Source of the DNA: Eledone cirrhosa
Taxonomy: Eukaryota
DNA length: 64,000 nt
Reading direction: 5' to 3'
Assembly: GCA_964016885.1 (NCBI GenBank)
Contig: OZ024758.1
Location: 35,960,001-36,024,000 of the forward strand
In this document: positions 13,401 to 26,500 of the stretch, piece by piece
Layout of the letters: every line of letters starts with the position of its first letter
Numbering within the stretch: the stretch's first letter is position 1
Translations under genes and position numbers: made by a program
The notes under the pieces: model-generated
Database searches by the model: none
What the model was told of the DNA's origin: nothing
What the model saw: the letters and a program-made list of their open reading frames with translations, nothing else

Positions 13401-14530
13401 TCATTTAAGTTCATGGTATTAGCTGTCAGAAGGAACGCCACTGTTGGTGAGAATTCATTTAAGTTCATGGTATTAGCTGTCAGAAGTAACTCCACTGTTG
13501 GTGAGAATTCATTTAAGTTCATGCTACTAGCTGTCAGAAGTAACTCCTATGTTGGTGAGAATTCATTTAAGTTCATGGTATTAGCTGTCAGAAGGAACTC
13601 CACTGTTGCTGAGAATTCATTTAAGTTCATGGTATTAGCTGTCAGAAGTAACTCCACTGTTGGTGAGAATTCATTTAAGTTCATGGTGCTAGCTGTCAGA
13701 AGTAACTCCACTGTTGGTGCGAATTCATTTAAGTTCATGGTATTAGCTGTCAGAAGTAACTCCACTGTTGGTGAGAATTCATTTAAGTTCATGGTATTAG
13801 CTGACAGAAGTCACTCCACTGTTGGTGAGAATTCATTTAAGTTCATGGTACTAGCTGTCAGAAGTAACTCCAATGTTGGTGAGAATTCATTTAAATTCAT
13901 GGTATTAGCTGTCAGAAGTAACTCCACTGTTGGTGAGAATTCATTTAAGTTCATGGTATTAGCTGTCAGAAGTAACTCCACTGTTGGTGAGAATTCATTT
14001 AAGTTCATGGTATTAGCTGTCAGAAGTAACTCCACTGTTGGTGAGAATTCATTTAAGTTCATGGTACTAGCTGTCAGAAGTAACTCCAATGTTGGTGATA
14101 ATTCATTTAAGTTCATGGTATTAGCTGTCAGAAGTAACTCCACTGTTGGTGAGTATTCATTTAAGTCATGGTATTAGCTGTCAGAAGTAACTCCACTGTT
14201 GGTGAGAATTCATTTAAGTTCATGGTATTAGCTGTCAGAAGTAACTCCACTGTTGGTGAGAATTCATTTAAGTCATGGTATTAGCTGTCAGAAGTAACTC
14301 CACTGTTGGTGAGAATTCATTTAAGTTCATGGTATTAGCTGTCAGAAGTAACTCCACTGTTGATGAGAATTCATTTAAGTTCATGGTATTAGCTGTCAGA
14401 AGTAACTCCACTGTTGGTGAGAATTCATTTAAGTTCATGGTATTAGTTTGTCAGAAGTAACTCCACTGTTGGTGAGAATTCATTTAAGTCATGGTATTAG
14501 TTGTCAGAAGTAACTCCAATGTTGGTGAGA
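7430..14530. repeat. Block ~7.4-8.8 kb repeated at ~13.1-14.5 kb (offset 5,713 bp)
   Basis: A series of rare variants (ATGCTACTAG, CTCCTATG, GGTGCTAG, GGTGCGAAT, GGTGATAAT, GAGTATTC) occurs in the same order in both blocks. ORF coordinates 7558/7834/8098/8562 recur at 13271/13547/13811/14275 (+5713). Confidence 0.85.
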
Positions 14531-17500
14531 ATTCATTTAAGTTCATGGTATTAGCTGTCAGAAGTAACTCCACTGTTGGTGAGAATTCATTTAAGTTCAT
14601 GGTATTAGCTGTCAGAAGTAACTCCACTGTTGGTGAGAATTCATTTAAGTCATGGTATTAGCTGTCAGAAGTAACTCCAATGTTGGTGAGAATTCATTTA
14701 AGTTCATGGTATTAGCTGTCAGAAGTCACTCCACTGTTGGTGAGAATTCATTTAAGTTCATGGTACTAGCTGTCAGAAGTAACCCCAATGTTGGTGAGAA
14801 TTCATTTAAGTTCATGGTATTAGCTGTCAGAAGTCACTCCAATGTTGGTGAGAATTCATTTAAGTTCATGGTATTAACTGTCAGAAGTAACTCCACTGTT
14901 GGTGAGAATTCATTTAAGTTCATGGTATTAGCTGTCAGAAGTCACTCCAATGTTGGTGAGAATTCATTTAAGTTCATGGTATTAGCTGTCAGAAGTCACT
15001 CCACTGTTGGTGAGAATTCATTTAAGTTCATGGTACTAGCTGTCAGAAGTAACTCCAATGTTGGTGAGAATTCATTTAAGTTCATGGTATTAGCTGTCAG
15101 AAGTCACTCCAATGTTGGTGAGAATTCATTTAAGTTCATGGTATTAACTGTCAGAAGTAACTCCACTGTTGGTGAGAATTCATTTAAGTTCATGGTATTA
15201 GCTGTCAGAAGTAACTCCACTGTTGGTGAGAATTCATTTAAGTTCATGGTATTAGCTGTCAGAAGTAACTCCACTGTTGGTGAGAATTCATTTAAGTCAT
15301 GGTATTAGCTGTCAGAAGTAACTCCAATGTTGGTGAGAATTCATTTAAGTTCATGGTATTAGTTGTCAGAAGTCACTCCACTGTTGGTGAGAATTCATTT
15401 AATTTCATGGTACTAGCTGTCAGAAGTAACCCCAATGTTGGTGAGAATTCATTTAAGTTCATGGTATTAGCTGTCAGAAGTCACTCCAATGTTGGTGAGA
15501 ATTCATTTAAGTTCATGGTATTAGCTGTCAGAAGTAACTCCACTGTTGGTGAGAATTCATTTAAGTTCATGGTATTAGCTGTCAGAAGTAACTCCACTGT
15601 TGGTGAGAATTCATTTAAGTTCATGGTATTAGCTGTCAGAAGTAACTCCACTGTTGGTGAGAATTCATTTAAGTTCATGGTATTAGCTGTCAGAAGTCAC
15701 TCCAATGTTGGTGAGAATTCATTTAAGTCATGGTACTAGCTGTCAGAAGTAACTCCACTGTTGGTGAGAATTCATTTAAGTTCATCGTATTAGCTGTCAG
15801 AAGGAACGCCACTGTTGGTGAGAATTCATTTAAGTTCATGGTATTAGCTGTCAGAAGTAACTCCACTGTTGGTGAGAATTCATTTAAGTTCATGGTACTA
15901 GCTGTCAGAAGTAACTCCAATGTTGGTGAGAATCCATTTAAGTTCATGGTATTAGCTGTCAGAAGGAACTCCACTGTTGCTGAGAATTCATTTAAGTTCA
16001 TGGTATTAGCTGTCAGAAGTAACTCCACTGTTGGTGAGAATTCATTTAAGTTCATGGTACTAGCTGTCAGAAGTCACTCCACTGTTGGTGAGAATACATT
16101 TAAGTTCATGGTACTAGCTGTCAGAAGTAACCCCAATGTTGGTGAGAATTCATTTAAGTTCATGGTACTAGCTGTCAGAAGTAACTCCACTGTTGGTGAG
16201 AATTCATTTAAGTTCATGGTATTAGCTGTCAGAAGTCACTCCAATGTTGGTGAGAATTCATTTAAGTTCATGGTATTAGCTGTCAGAAGTCACTCCACTG
16301 TTGGTGAGAATTCATTTAAGTTCATGGTACTAGCTGTCAGAAGTAACCCCAATGTTGGTGAGAATTCATTTAAGTTCATGGTATTAGCTGTCAGAAGTCA
16401 CTCCAATGTTGGTGAGAATTCATTTAAGTTCATGGTATTAGCTGTCAGAAGTAACTCCACTGTTGGTGAGAATTCATTTAAGTTCATGGTATTAGCTGTC
16501 AGAAGTAACTCCACTGTTGGTGAGAATTCATTTAAGTTCATGGTATTAGCTGTCAGAAGTAACTCCACTGTTGGTGAGAATTCATTTAAGTCATGGTATT
16601 AGCTGTCAGAAGTAACTCCAATGTTGGTGAGAATTCATTTAAGTTCATGGTATTAGCTGTCAGAAGTCACTCCACTGTTGGTGAGAATTCATTTAAGTTC
16701 ATGGTACTAGCTGTCAGAAGTAACCCCAATGTTGGTGAGAATTCATTTAAGTTCATGGTATTAGCTGTCAGAAGTCACTCCAATGTTGGTGAGAATTCAT
16801 TTAAGTTCATGGTATTAGCTGTCAGAAGTAACTCCACTGTTGGTGAGAATTCATTTAAGTTCATGGTATTAGCTGTCAGAAGTAACTCCACTGTTGGTGA
16901 GAATTCATTTAAGTTCATGGTATTAGCTGTCAGAAGTAACTCCACTGTTGGTGAGAATTCATTTAAGTTCATGGTATTAGCTGTCAGAAGGAACTCCAAT
17001 GTTGGTGAGAATTCATTTAAGTCATGGTACTAGCTGTCAGAAGTAACTCCACTGTTGGTGAGAATTCATTTAAGTTCATGGTATTAGCTGTCAGAAGGAA
17101 CTCCACTGTTGGTGAGAATTCATTTAAGTTCATGGTATTAGCTGTCAGAAGTCACTCCAATGTTGGTGAGAATTCATTTAAGTTCATGGTATTAGCTGTC
17201 AGAAGTAACTCCACTGTTGGTGAGAATTCATTTAAGTTCATGGTATTAGCTGTCAGAAGTAACTCCACTGTTGGTGAGAATTCATTTAAGTTCATGGTAT
17301 TAGCTGTCAGAAGTAACTCCACTGTTGGTGAGAATTCATTTAAGTTCATGGTATTAGCTGTCAGAAGGAACTCCAATGTTGGTGAGAATTCATTTAAGTC
17401 ATGGTACTAGCTGTCAGAAGTAACTCCACTGTTGGTGAGTATTCATTTAAGTCATGGTATTAGCTGTCAGAAGTAACTCCACTGTTGGTGAGAATTCATT

Positions 17501-20500
17501 TAAGTTCATGGTATTAGCTGTCAGAAGTAACTCCACTGTTGGTGAGAATTCATTTAAGTCATGGTATTAGCTGTCAGAAGTAACTCCACTGTTGGTGAGA
17601 ATTCATTTAAGTTCATGGTATTAGCTGTCAGAAGTAACTCCACTGTTGATGAGAATTCATTTAAGTTCATGGTATTAGCTGTCAGAAGTAACTCCACTGT
17701 TGGTGAGAATTCATTTAAGTTCATGGTATTAGTTTGTCAGAAGTAACTCCACTGTTGGTGAGAATTCATTTAAGTCATGGTATTAGTTGTCAGAAGTAAC
17801 TCCAATGTTGGTGAGAATTCATTTAAGTTCATGGTATTAGCTGTCAGAAGTAACTCCACTGTTGGTGAGAATTCATTTAAGTTCATGGTATTAGCTGTCA
17901 GAAGTAACTCCACTGTTGGTGAGAATTCATTTAAGTCATGGTATTAGCTGTCAGAAGTAACTCCAATGTTGGTGAGAATTCATTTAAGTTCATGGTATTA
18001 GCTGTCAGAAGTCACTCCACTGTTGGTGAGAATTCATTTAAGTTCATGGTACTAGCTGTCAGAAGTAACCCCAATGTTGGTGAGAATTCATTTAAGTTCA
18101 TGGTATTAGCTGTCAGAAGTCACTCCAATGTTGGTGAGAATTCATTTAAGTTCATGGTATTAACTGTCAGAAGTAACTCCACTGTTGGTGAGAATTCATT
18201 TAAGTTCATGGTATTAGCTGTCAGAAGTCACTCCAATGTTGGTGAGAATTCATTTAAGTTCATGGTATTAGCTGTCAGAAGTCACTCCACTGTTGGTGAG
18301 AATTCATTTAAGTTCATGGTACTAGCTGTCAGAAGTAACTCCAATGTTGGTGAGAATTCATTTAAGTTCATGGTATTAGCTGTCAGAAGTCACTCCAATG
18401 TTGGTGAGAATTCATTTAAGTTCATGGTATTAACTGTCAGAAGTAACTCCACTGTTGGTGAGAATTCATTTAAGTTCATGGTATTAGCTGTCAGAAGTAA
18501 CTCCACTGTTGGTGAGAATTCATTTAAGTTCATGGTATTAGCTGTCAGAAGTAACTCCACTGTTGGTGAGAATTCATTTAAGTCATGGTATTAGCTGTCA
18601 GAAGTAACTCCAATGTTGGTGAGAATTCATTTAAGTTCATGGTATTAGTTGTCAGAAGTCACTCCACTGTTGGTGAGAATTCATTTAATTTCATGGTACT
18701 AGCTGTCAGAAGTAACCCCAATGTTGGTGAGAATTCATTTAAGTTCATGGTATTAGCTGTCAGAAGTCACTCCAATGTTGGTGAGAATTCATTTAAGTTC
18801 ATGGTATTAGCTGTCAGAAGTAACTCCACTGTTGGTGAGAATTCATTTAAGTTCATGGTATTAGCTGTCAGAAGTAACTCCACTGTTGGTGAGAATTCAT
18901 TTAAGTTCATGGTATTAGCTGTCAGAAGTAACTCCACTGTTGGTGAGAATTCATTTAAGTTCATGGTATTAGCTGTCAGAAGTCACTCCAATGTTGGTGA
19001 GAATTCATTTAAGTCATGGTACTAGCTGTCAGAAGTAACTCCACTGTTGGTGAGAATTCATTTAAGTTCATCGTATTAGCTGTCAGAAGGAACGCCACTG
19101 TTGGTGAGAATTCATTTAAGTTCATGGTATTAGCTGTCAGAAGTAACTCCACTGTTGGTGAGAATTCATTTAAGTTCATGGTACTAGCTGTCAGAAGTAA
19201 CTCCAATGTTGGTGAGAATCCATTTAAGTTCATGGTATTAGCTGTCAGAAGGAACTCCACTGTTGCTGAGAATTCATTTAAGTTCATGGTATTAGCTGTC
19301 AGAAGTAACTCCACTGTTGGTGAGAATTCATTTAAGTTCATGGTACTAGCTGTCAGAAGTCACTCCACTGTTGGTGAGAATACATTTAAGTTCATGGTAC
19401 TAGCTGTCAGAAGTAACCCCAATGTTGGTGAGAATTCATTTAAGTTCATGGTACTAGCTGTCAGAAGTAACTCCACTGTTGGTGAGAATTCATTTAAGTT
19501 CATGGTATTAGCTGTCAGAAGTCACTCCAATGTTGGTGAGAATTCATTTAAGTTCATGGTATTAGCTGTCAGAAGTCACTCCACTGTTGGTGAGAATTCA
19601 TTTAAGTTCATGGTACTAGCTGTCAGAAGTAACCCCAATGTTGGTGAGAATTCATTTAAGTTCATGGTATTAGCTGTCAGAAGTCACTCCAATGTTGGTG
19701 AGAATTCATTTAAGTTCATGGTATTAGCTGTCAGAAGTAACTCCACTGTTGGTGAGAATTCATTTAAGTTCATGGTATTAGCTGTCAGAAGTAACTCCAC
19801 TGTTGGTGAGAATTCATTTAAGTTCATGGTATTAGCTGTCAGAAGTAACTCCACTGTTGGTGAGAATTCATTTAAGTCATGGTATTAGCTGTCAGAAGTA
19901 ACTCCAATGTTGGTGAGAATTCATTTAAGTTCATGGTATTAGCTGTCAGAAGTCACTCCACTGTTGGTGAGAATTCATTTAAGTTCATGGTACTAGCTGT
20001 CAGAAGTAACCCCAATGTTGGTGAGAATTCATTTAAGTTCATGGTATTAGCTGTCAGAAGTCACTCCAATGTTGGTGAGAATTCATTTAAGTTCATGGTA
20101 TTAGCTGTCAGAAGTAACTCCACTGTTGGTGAGAATTCATTTAAGTTCATGGTATTAGCTGTCAGAAGTAACTCCACTGTTGGTGAGAATTCATTTAAGT
20201 TCATGGTATTAGCTGTCAGAAGTAACTCCACTGTTGGTGAGAATTCATTTAAGTTCATGGTATTAGCTGTCAGAAGGAACTCCAATGTTGGTGAGAATTC
20301 ATTTAAGTCATGGTACTAGCTGTCAGAAGTAACTCCACTGTTGGTGAGAATTCATTTAAGTTCATGGTATTAGCTGTCAGAAGGAACTCCACTGTTGGTG
20401 AGAATTCATTTAAGTTCATGGTATTAGCTGTCAGAAGTCACTCCAATGTTGGTGAGAATTCATTTAAGTTCATGGTATTAGCTGTCAGAAGTAACTCCAC

Positions 20501-23500
20501 TGTTGGTGAGAATTCATTTAAGTTCATGGTATTAGCTGTCAGAAGTAACTCCACTGTTGGTGAGAATTCATTTAAGTTCATGGTATTAGCTGTCAGAAGT
20601 AACTCCACTGTTGGTGAGAATTCATTTAAGTTCATGGTATTAGCTGTCAGAAGGAACTCCAATGTTGGTGAGAATTCATTTAAGTCATGGTACTAGCTGT
20701 CAGAAGTAACTCCACTGTTGGTGAGAATTCATTTAAGTTCATGGTATTAGCTGTCAGAAGGAACTCCACTGTTGGTGAGAATTCATTTAAGTTCATGGTA
20801 TTAGCTGTCAGAAGTAACTCCACTGTTGGTGAGAATTCATTTAAGTTCATGGTATTAGCTGTCAGAAGTAACTCCACTGTTGGTGAGAATTCATTTAAGT
20901 TCATGGTACTAGCTGTCAGAAGTAACTCCAATGTTGGTGATAATTCATTTAAGTTCATGGTATTAGCTGTCAGAAGTAACTCCACTGTTGGTGAGTATTC
21001 ATTTAAGTCATGGTATTAGCTGTCAGAAGTAACTCCACTGTTGGTGAGAATTCATTTAAGTTCATGGTATTAGCTGTCAGAAGTAACTCCACTGTTGGTG
21101 AGAATTCATTTAAGTCATGGTATTAGCTGTCAGAAGTAACTCCACTGTTGGTGAGAATTCATTTAAGTTCATGGTATTAGCTGTCAGAAGTAACTCCACT
21201 GTTGATGAGAATTCATTTAAGTTCATGGTATTAGCTGTCAGAAGTAACTCCACTGTTGGTGAGAATTCATTTAAGTTCATGGTATTAGTTTGTCAGAAGT
21301 AACTCCACTGTTGGTGAGAATTCATTTAAGTCATGGTATTAGTTGTCAGAAGTAACTCCAATGTTGGTGAGAATTCATTTAAGTTCATGGTATTAGCTGT
21401 CAGAAGTAACTCCACTGTTGGTGAGAATTCATTTAAGTTCATGGTATTAGCTGTCAGAAGTAACTCCACTGTTGGTGAGAATTCATTTAAGTCATGGTAT
21501 TAGCTGTCAGAAGTAACTCCAATGTTGGTGAGAATTCATTTAAGTTCATGGTATTAGCTGTCAGAAGTCACTCCACTGTTGGTGAGAATTCATTTAGGTT
21601 CATGGTACTAGCTGTCAGAAGTAACCCCAATGTTGGTGAGAATTCATTTAAGTTCATGGTATTAGCTGTCAGAAGTCACTCCAATGTTGGTGAGAATTCA
21701 TTTAAGTTCATGGTATTAACTGTCAGAAGTAACTCCACTGTTGGTGAGAATTCATTTAAGTTCATGGTATTAGCTGTCAGAAGTCACTCCTATGTTGGTG
21801 AGAATTCATTTAAGTTCATGGTATTAGCTGTCAGAAGTCACTCCACTGTTGGTGAGAATTCATTTAAGTTCATGGTACTAGCTGTCAGAAGTAACTCCAA
21901 TGTTGGTGAGAATTCATTTAAGTTCATGGTATTAGCTGTCAGAAGTCACTCCAATGTTGGTGAGAATTCATTTAAGTTCATGGTATTAACTGTCAGAAGT
22001 AACTCCACTGTTGGTGAGAATTCATTTAAGTTCATGGTATTAGCTGTCAGAAGTAACTCCACTGTTGGTGAGAATTCATTTAAGTTCATGGTATTAGCTG
22101 TCAGAAGTAACTCCACTGTTGGTGAGAATTCATTTAAGTCATGGTATTAGCTGTCAGAAGTAACTCCAATGTTGGTGAGAATTCATTTAAGTTCATGGTA
22201 TTAGTTGTCAGAAGTCACTCCACTGTTGGTGAGAATTCATTTAATTTCATGGTACTAGCTGTCAGAAGTAACCCCAATGTTGGTGAGAATTCATTTAAGT
22301 TCATGGTATTAGCTGTCAGAAGTCACTCCAATGTTGGTGAGAATTCATTTAAGTTCATGGTATTAGCTGTCAGAAGTAACTCCACTGTTGGTGAGAATTC
22401 ATTTAAGTTCATGGTATTAGCTGTCAGAAGTAACTCCACTGTTGGTGAGAATTCATTTAAGTTCATGGTATTAGCTGTCAGAAGTAACTCCACTGTTGGT
22501 GAGAATTCATTTAAGTTCATGGTATTAGCTGTCAGAAGTCACTCCAATGTTGGTGAGAATTCATTTAAGTCATGGTACTAGCTGTCAGAAGTAACTCCAC
22601 TGTTGGTGAGAATTCATTTAAGTTCATCGTATTAGCTGTCAGAAGGAACGCCACTGTTGGTGAGAATTCATTTAAGTTCATGGTATTAGCTGTCAGAAGT
22701 AACTCCACTGTTGGTGAGAATTCATTTAAGTTCATGGTACTAGCTGTCAGAAGTAACTCCAATGTTGGTGAGAATCCATTTAAGTTCATGGTATTAGCTG
22801 TCAGAAGGAACTCCACTGTTGCTGAGAATTCATTTAAGTTCATGGTATTAGCTGTCAGAAGTAACTCCACTGTTGGTGAGAATTCATTTAAGTTCATGGT
22901 ACTAGCTGTCAGAAGTCACTCCACTGTTGGTGAGAATACATTTAAGTTCATGGTACTAGCTGTCAGAAGTAACCCCAATGTTGGTGAGAATTCATTTAAG
23001 TTCATGGTACTAGCTGTCAGAAGTAACTCCACTGTTGGTGAGAATTCATTTAAGTTCATGGTATTAGCTGTCAGAAGTCACTCCAATGTTGGTGAGAATT
23101 CATTTAAGTTCATGGTATTAGCTGTCAGAAGTCACTCCACTGTTGGTGAGAATTCATTTAAGTTCATGGTACTAGCTGTCAGAAGTAACCCCAATGTTGG
23201 TGAGAATTCATTTAAGTTCATGGTATTAGCTGTCAGAAGTCACTCCAATGTTGGTGAGAATTCATTTAAGTTCATGGTATTAGCTGTCAGAAGTAACTCC
23301 ACTGTTGGTGAGAATTCATTTAAGTTCATGGTATTAGCTGTCAGAAGTAACTCCACTGTTGGTGAGAATTCATTTAAGTTCATGGTATTAGCTGTCAGAA
23401 GTAACTCCACTGTTGGTGAGAATTCATTTAAGTCATGGTATTAGCTGTCAGAAGTAACTCCAATGTTGGTGAGAATTCATTTAAGTTCATGGTATTAGCT

Positions 23501-26500
23501 GTCAGAAGTCACTCCACTGTTGGTGAGAATTCATTTAAGTTCATGGTACTAGCTGTCAGAAGTAACCCCAATGTTGGTGAGAATTCATTTAAGTTCATGG
23601 TATTAGCTGTCAGAAGTCACTCCAATGTTGGTGAGAATTCATTTAAGTTCATGGTATTAGCTGTAAGAAGTAACTCCACTGTTGGTGAGAATTCATTTAA
23701 GTTCATGGTATTAGCTGTCAGAAGTAACTCCACTGTTGGTGAGAATTCATTTAAGTTCATGGTATTAGCTGTCAGAAGTAACTCCACTGTTGGTGAGAAT
23801 TCATTTAAGTTCATGGTATTAGCTGTCAGAAGGAACTCCAATGTTGGTGAGAATTCATTTAAGTCATGGTACTAGCTGTCAGAAGTAACTCCACTGTTGG
23901 TGAGAATTCATTTAAGTTCATGGTATTAGCTGTCAGAAGGAACTCCACTGTTGGTGAGAATTCATTTAAGTTCATGGTATTAGCTGTCAGAAGTCACTCC
24001 AATGTTGGTGAGAATTCATTTAAGTTCATGGTATTAGCTGTCAGAAGTAACTCCACTGTTGGTGAGAATTCATTTAAGTTCATGGTATTAGCTGTCAGAA
24101 GTAACTCCACTGTTGGTGAGAATTCATTTAAGTTCATGGTATTAGCTGTCAGAAGTAACTCCACTGTTGGTGAGAATTCATTTAAGTTCATGGTATTAGC
24201 TGTCAGAAGGAACTCCAATGTTGGTGAGAATTCATTTAAGTCATGGTACTAGCTGTCAGAAGTAACTCCACTGTTGGTGAGAATTCATTTAAGTTCATGG
24301 TATTAGCTGTCAGAAGTAACTCCACTGTTGGTGAGAATTCATTTAAGTTCATGGTATTAGCTGTCAGAAGTAACTCCACTGTTGGTGAGAATTCATTTAA
24401 GTTCATGGTATTAGCTGTCAGAAGTAACTCCACTGTTGGTGAGAATTCATTTAAGTTCATGGTATTAGCTGTCAGAAGGAACTCCAATGTTGGTGAGAAT
24501 TCATTTAAGTCATGGTACTAGCTGTCAGAAGTAACTCCACTGTTGGTGAGAATTCATTTAAGTTCATGGTATTAGCTGTCAGAAGGAACTCCACTGTTGG
24601 TGAGAATTCATTTAAGTTCATGGTATTAGCTGTCAGAAGTCACTCCAATGTTGGTGAGAATTCATTTAAGTTCATGGTATTAGCTGTCAGAAGTAACTCC
24701 ACTGTTGGTGAGAATTCATTTAAGTTCATGGTATTAGCTGTCAGAAGTAACTCCACTGTTGGTGAGAATTCATTTAAGTTCATGGTATTAGCTGTCAGAA
24801 GTAACTCCACTGTTGGTGAGAATTCATTTAAGTTCATGGTATTAGCTGTCAGAAGGAACTCCAATGTTGGTGAGAATTCATTTAAGTCATGGTACTAGCT
24901 GTCAGAAGTAACTCCACTGTTGGTGAGAATTCATTTAAGTTCATGGTATTAGCTGTCAGAAGGAACTCCACTGTTGGTGAGAATTCATTTAAGTTCATGG
25001 TATTAGCTGTCAGAAGTAACTCCACTGTTGGTGAGAATTCATTTAAGTTCATGGTATTAGCTGTCAGAAGTAACTCCACTGTTGGTGAGAATTCATTTAA
25101 GTTCATGGTACTAGCTGTCAGAAGTAACTCCAATGTTGGTGATAATTCATTTAAGTTCATGGTATTAGCTGTCAGAAGTAACTCCACTGTTGGTGAGTAT
25201 TCATTTAAGTCATGGTATTAGCTGTCAGAAGTAACTCCACTGTTGGTGAGAATTCATTTAAGTTCATGGTATTAGCTGTCAGAAGTAACTCCACTGTTGG
25301 TGAGAATTCATTTAAGTCATGGTATTAGCTGTCAGAAGTAACTCCACTGTTGGTGAGAATTCATTTAAGTTCATGGTATTAGCTGTCAGAAGTAACTCCA
25401 CTGTTGATGAGAATTCATTTAAGTTCATGGTATTAGCTGTCAGAAGTAACTCCACTGTTGGTGAGAATTCATTTAAGTTCATGGTATTAGTTTGTCAGAA
25501 GTAACTCCACTGTTGGTGAGAATTCATTTAAGTCATGGTATTAGTTGTCAGAAGTAACTCCAATGTTGGTGAGAATTCATTTAAGTTCATGGTATTAGCT
25601 GTCAGAAGTAACTCCACTGTTGGTGAGAATTCATTTAAGTTCATGGTATTAGCTGTCAGAAGTAACTCCACTGTTGGTGAGAATTCATTTAAGTCATGGT
25701 ATTAGCTGTCAGAAGTAACTCCAATGTTGGTGAGAATTCATTTAAGTTCATGGTATTAGCTGTCAGAAGTCACTCCACTGTTGGTGAGAATTCATTTAGG
25801 TTCATGGTACTAGCTGTCAGAAGTAACCCCAATGTTGGTGAGAATTCATTTAAGTTCATGGTATTAGCTGTCAGAAGTCACTCCAATGTTGGTGAGAATT
25901 CATTTAAGTTCATGGTATTAACTGTCAGAAGTAACTCCACTGTTGGTGAGAATTCATTTAAGTTCATGGTATTAGCTGTCAGAAGTCACTCCTATGTTGG
26001 TGAGAATTCATTTAAGTTCATGGTATTAGCTGTCAGAAGTCACTCCACTGTTGGTGAGAATTCATTTAAGTTCATGGTACTAGCTGTCAGAAGTAACTCC
26101 AATGTTGGTGAGAATTCATTTAAGTTCATGGTATTAGCTGTCAGAAGTCACTCCAATGTTGGTGAGAATTCATTTAAGTTCATGGTATTAACTGTCAGAA
26201 GTAACTCCACTGTTGGTGAGAATTCATTTAAGTTCATGGTATTAGCTGTCAGAAGTAACTCCACTGTTGGTGAGAATTCATTTAAGTTCATGGTATTAGC
26301 TGTCAGAAGTAACTCCACTGTTGGTGAGAATTCATTTAAGTCATGGTATTAGCTGTCAGAAGTAACTCCAATGTTGGTGAGAATTCATTTAAGTTCATGG
26401 TATTAGTTGTCAGAAGTCACTCCACTGTTGGTGAGAATTCATTTAATTTCATGGTACTAGCTGTCAGAAGTAACCCCAATGTTGGTGAGAATTCATTTAA

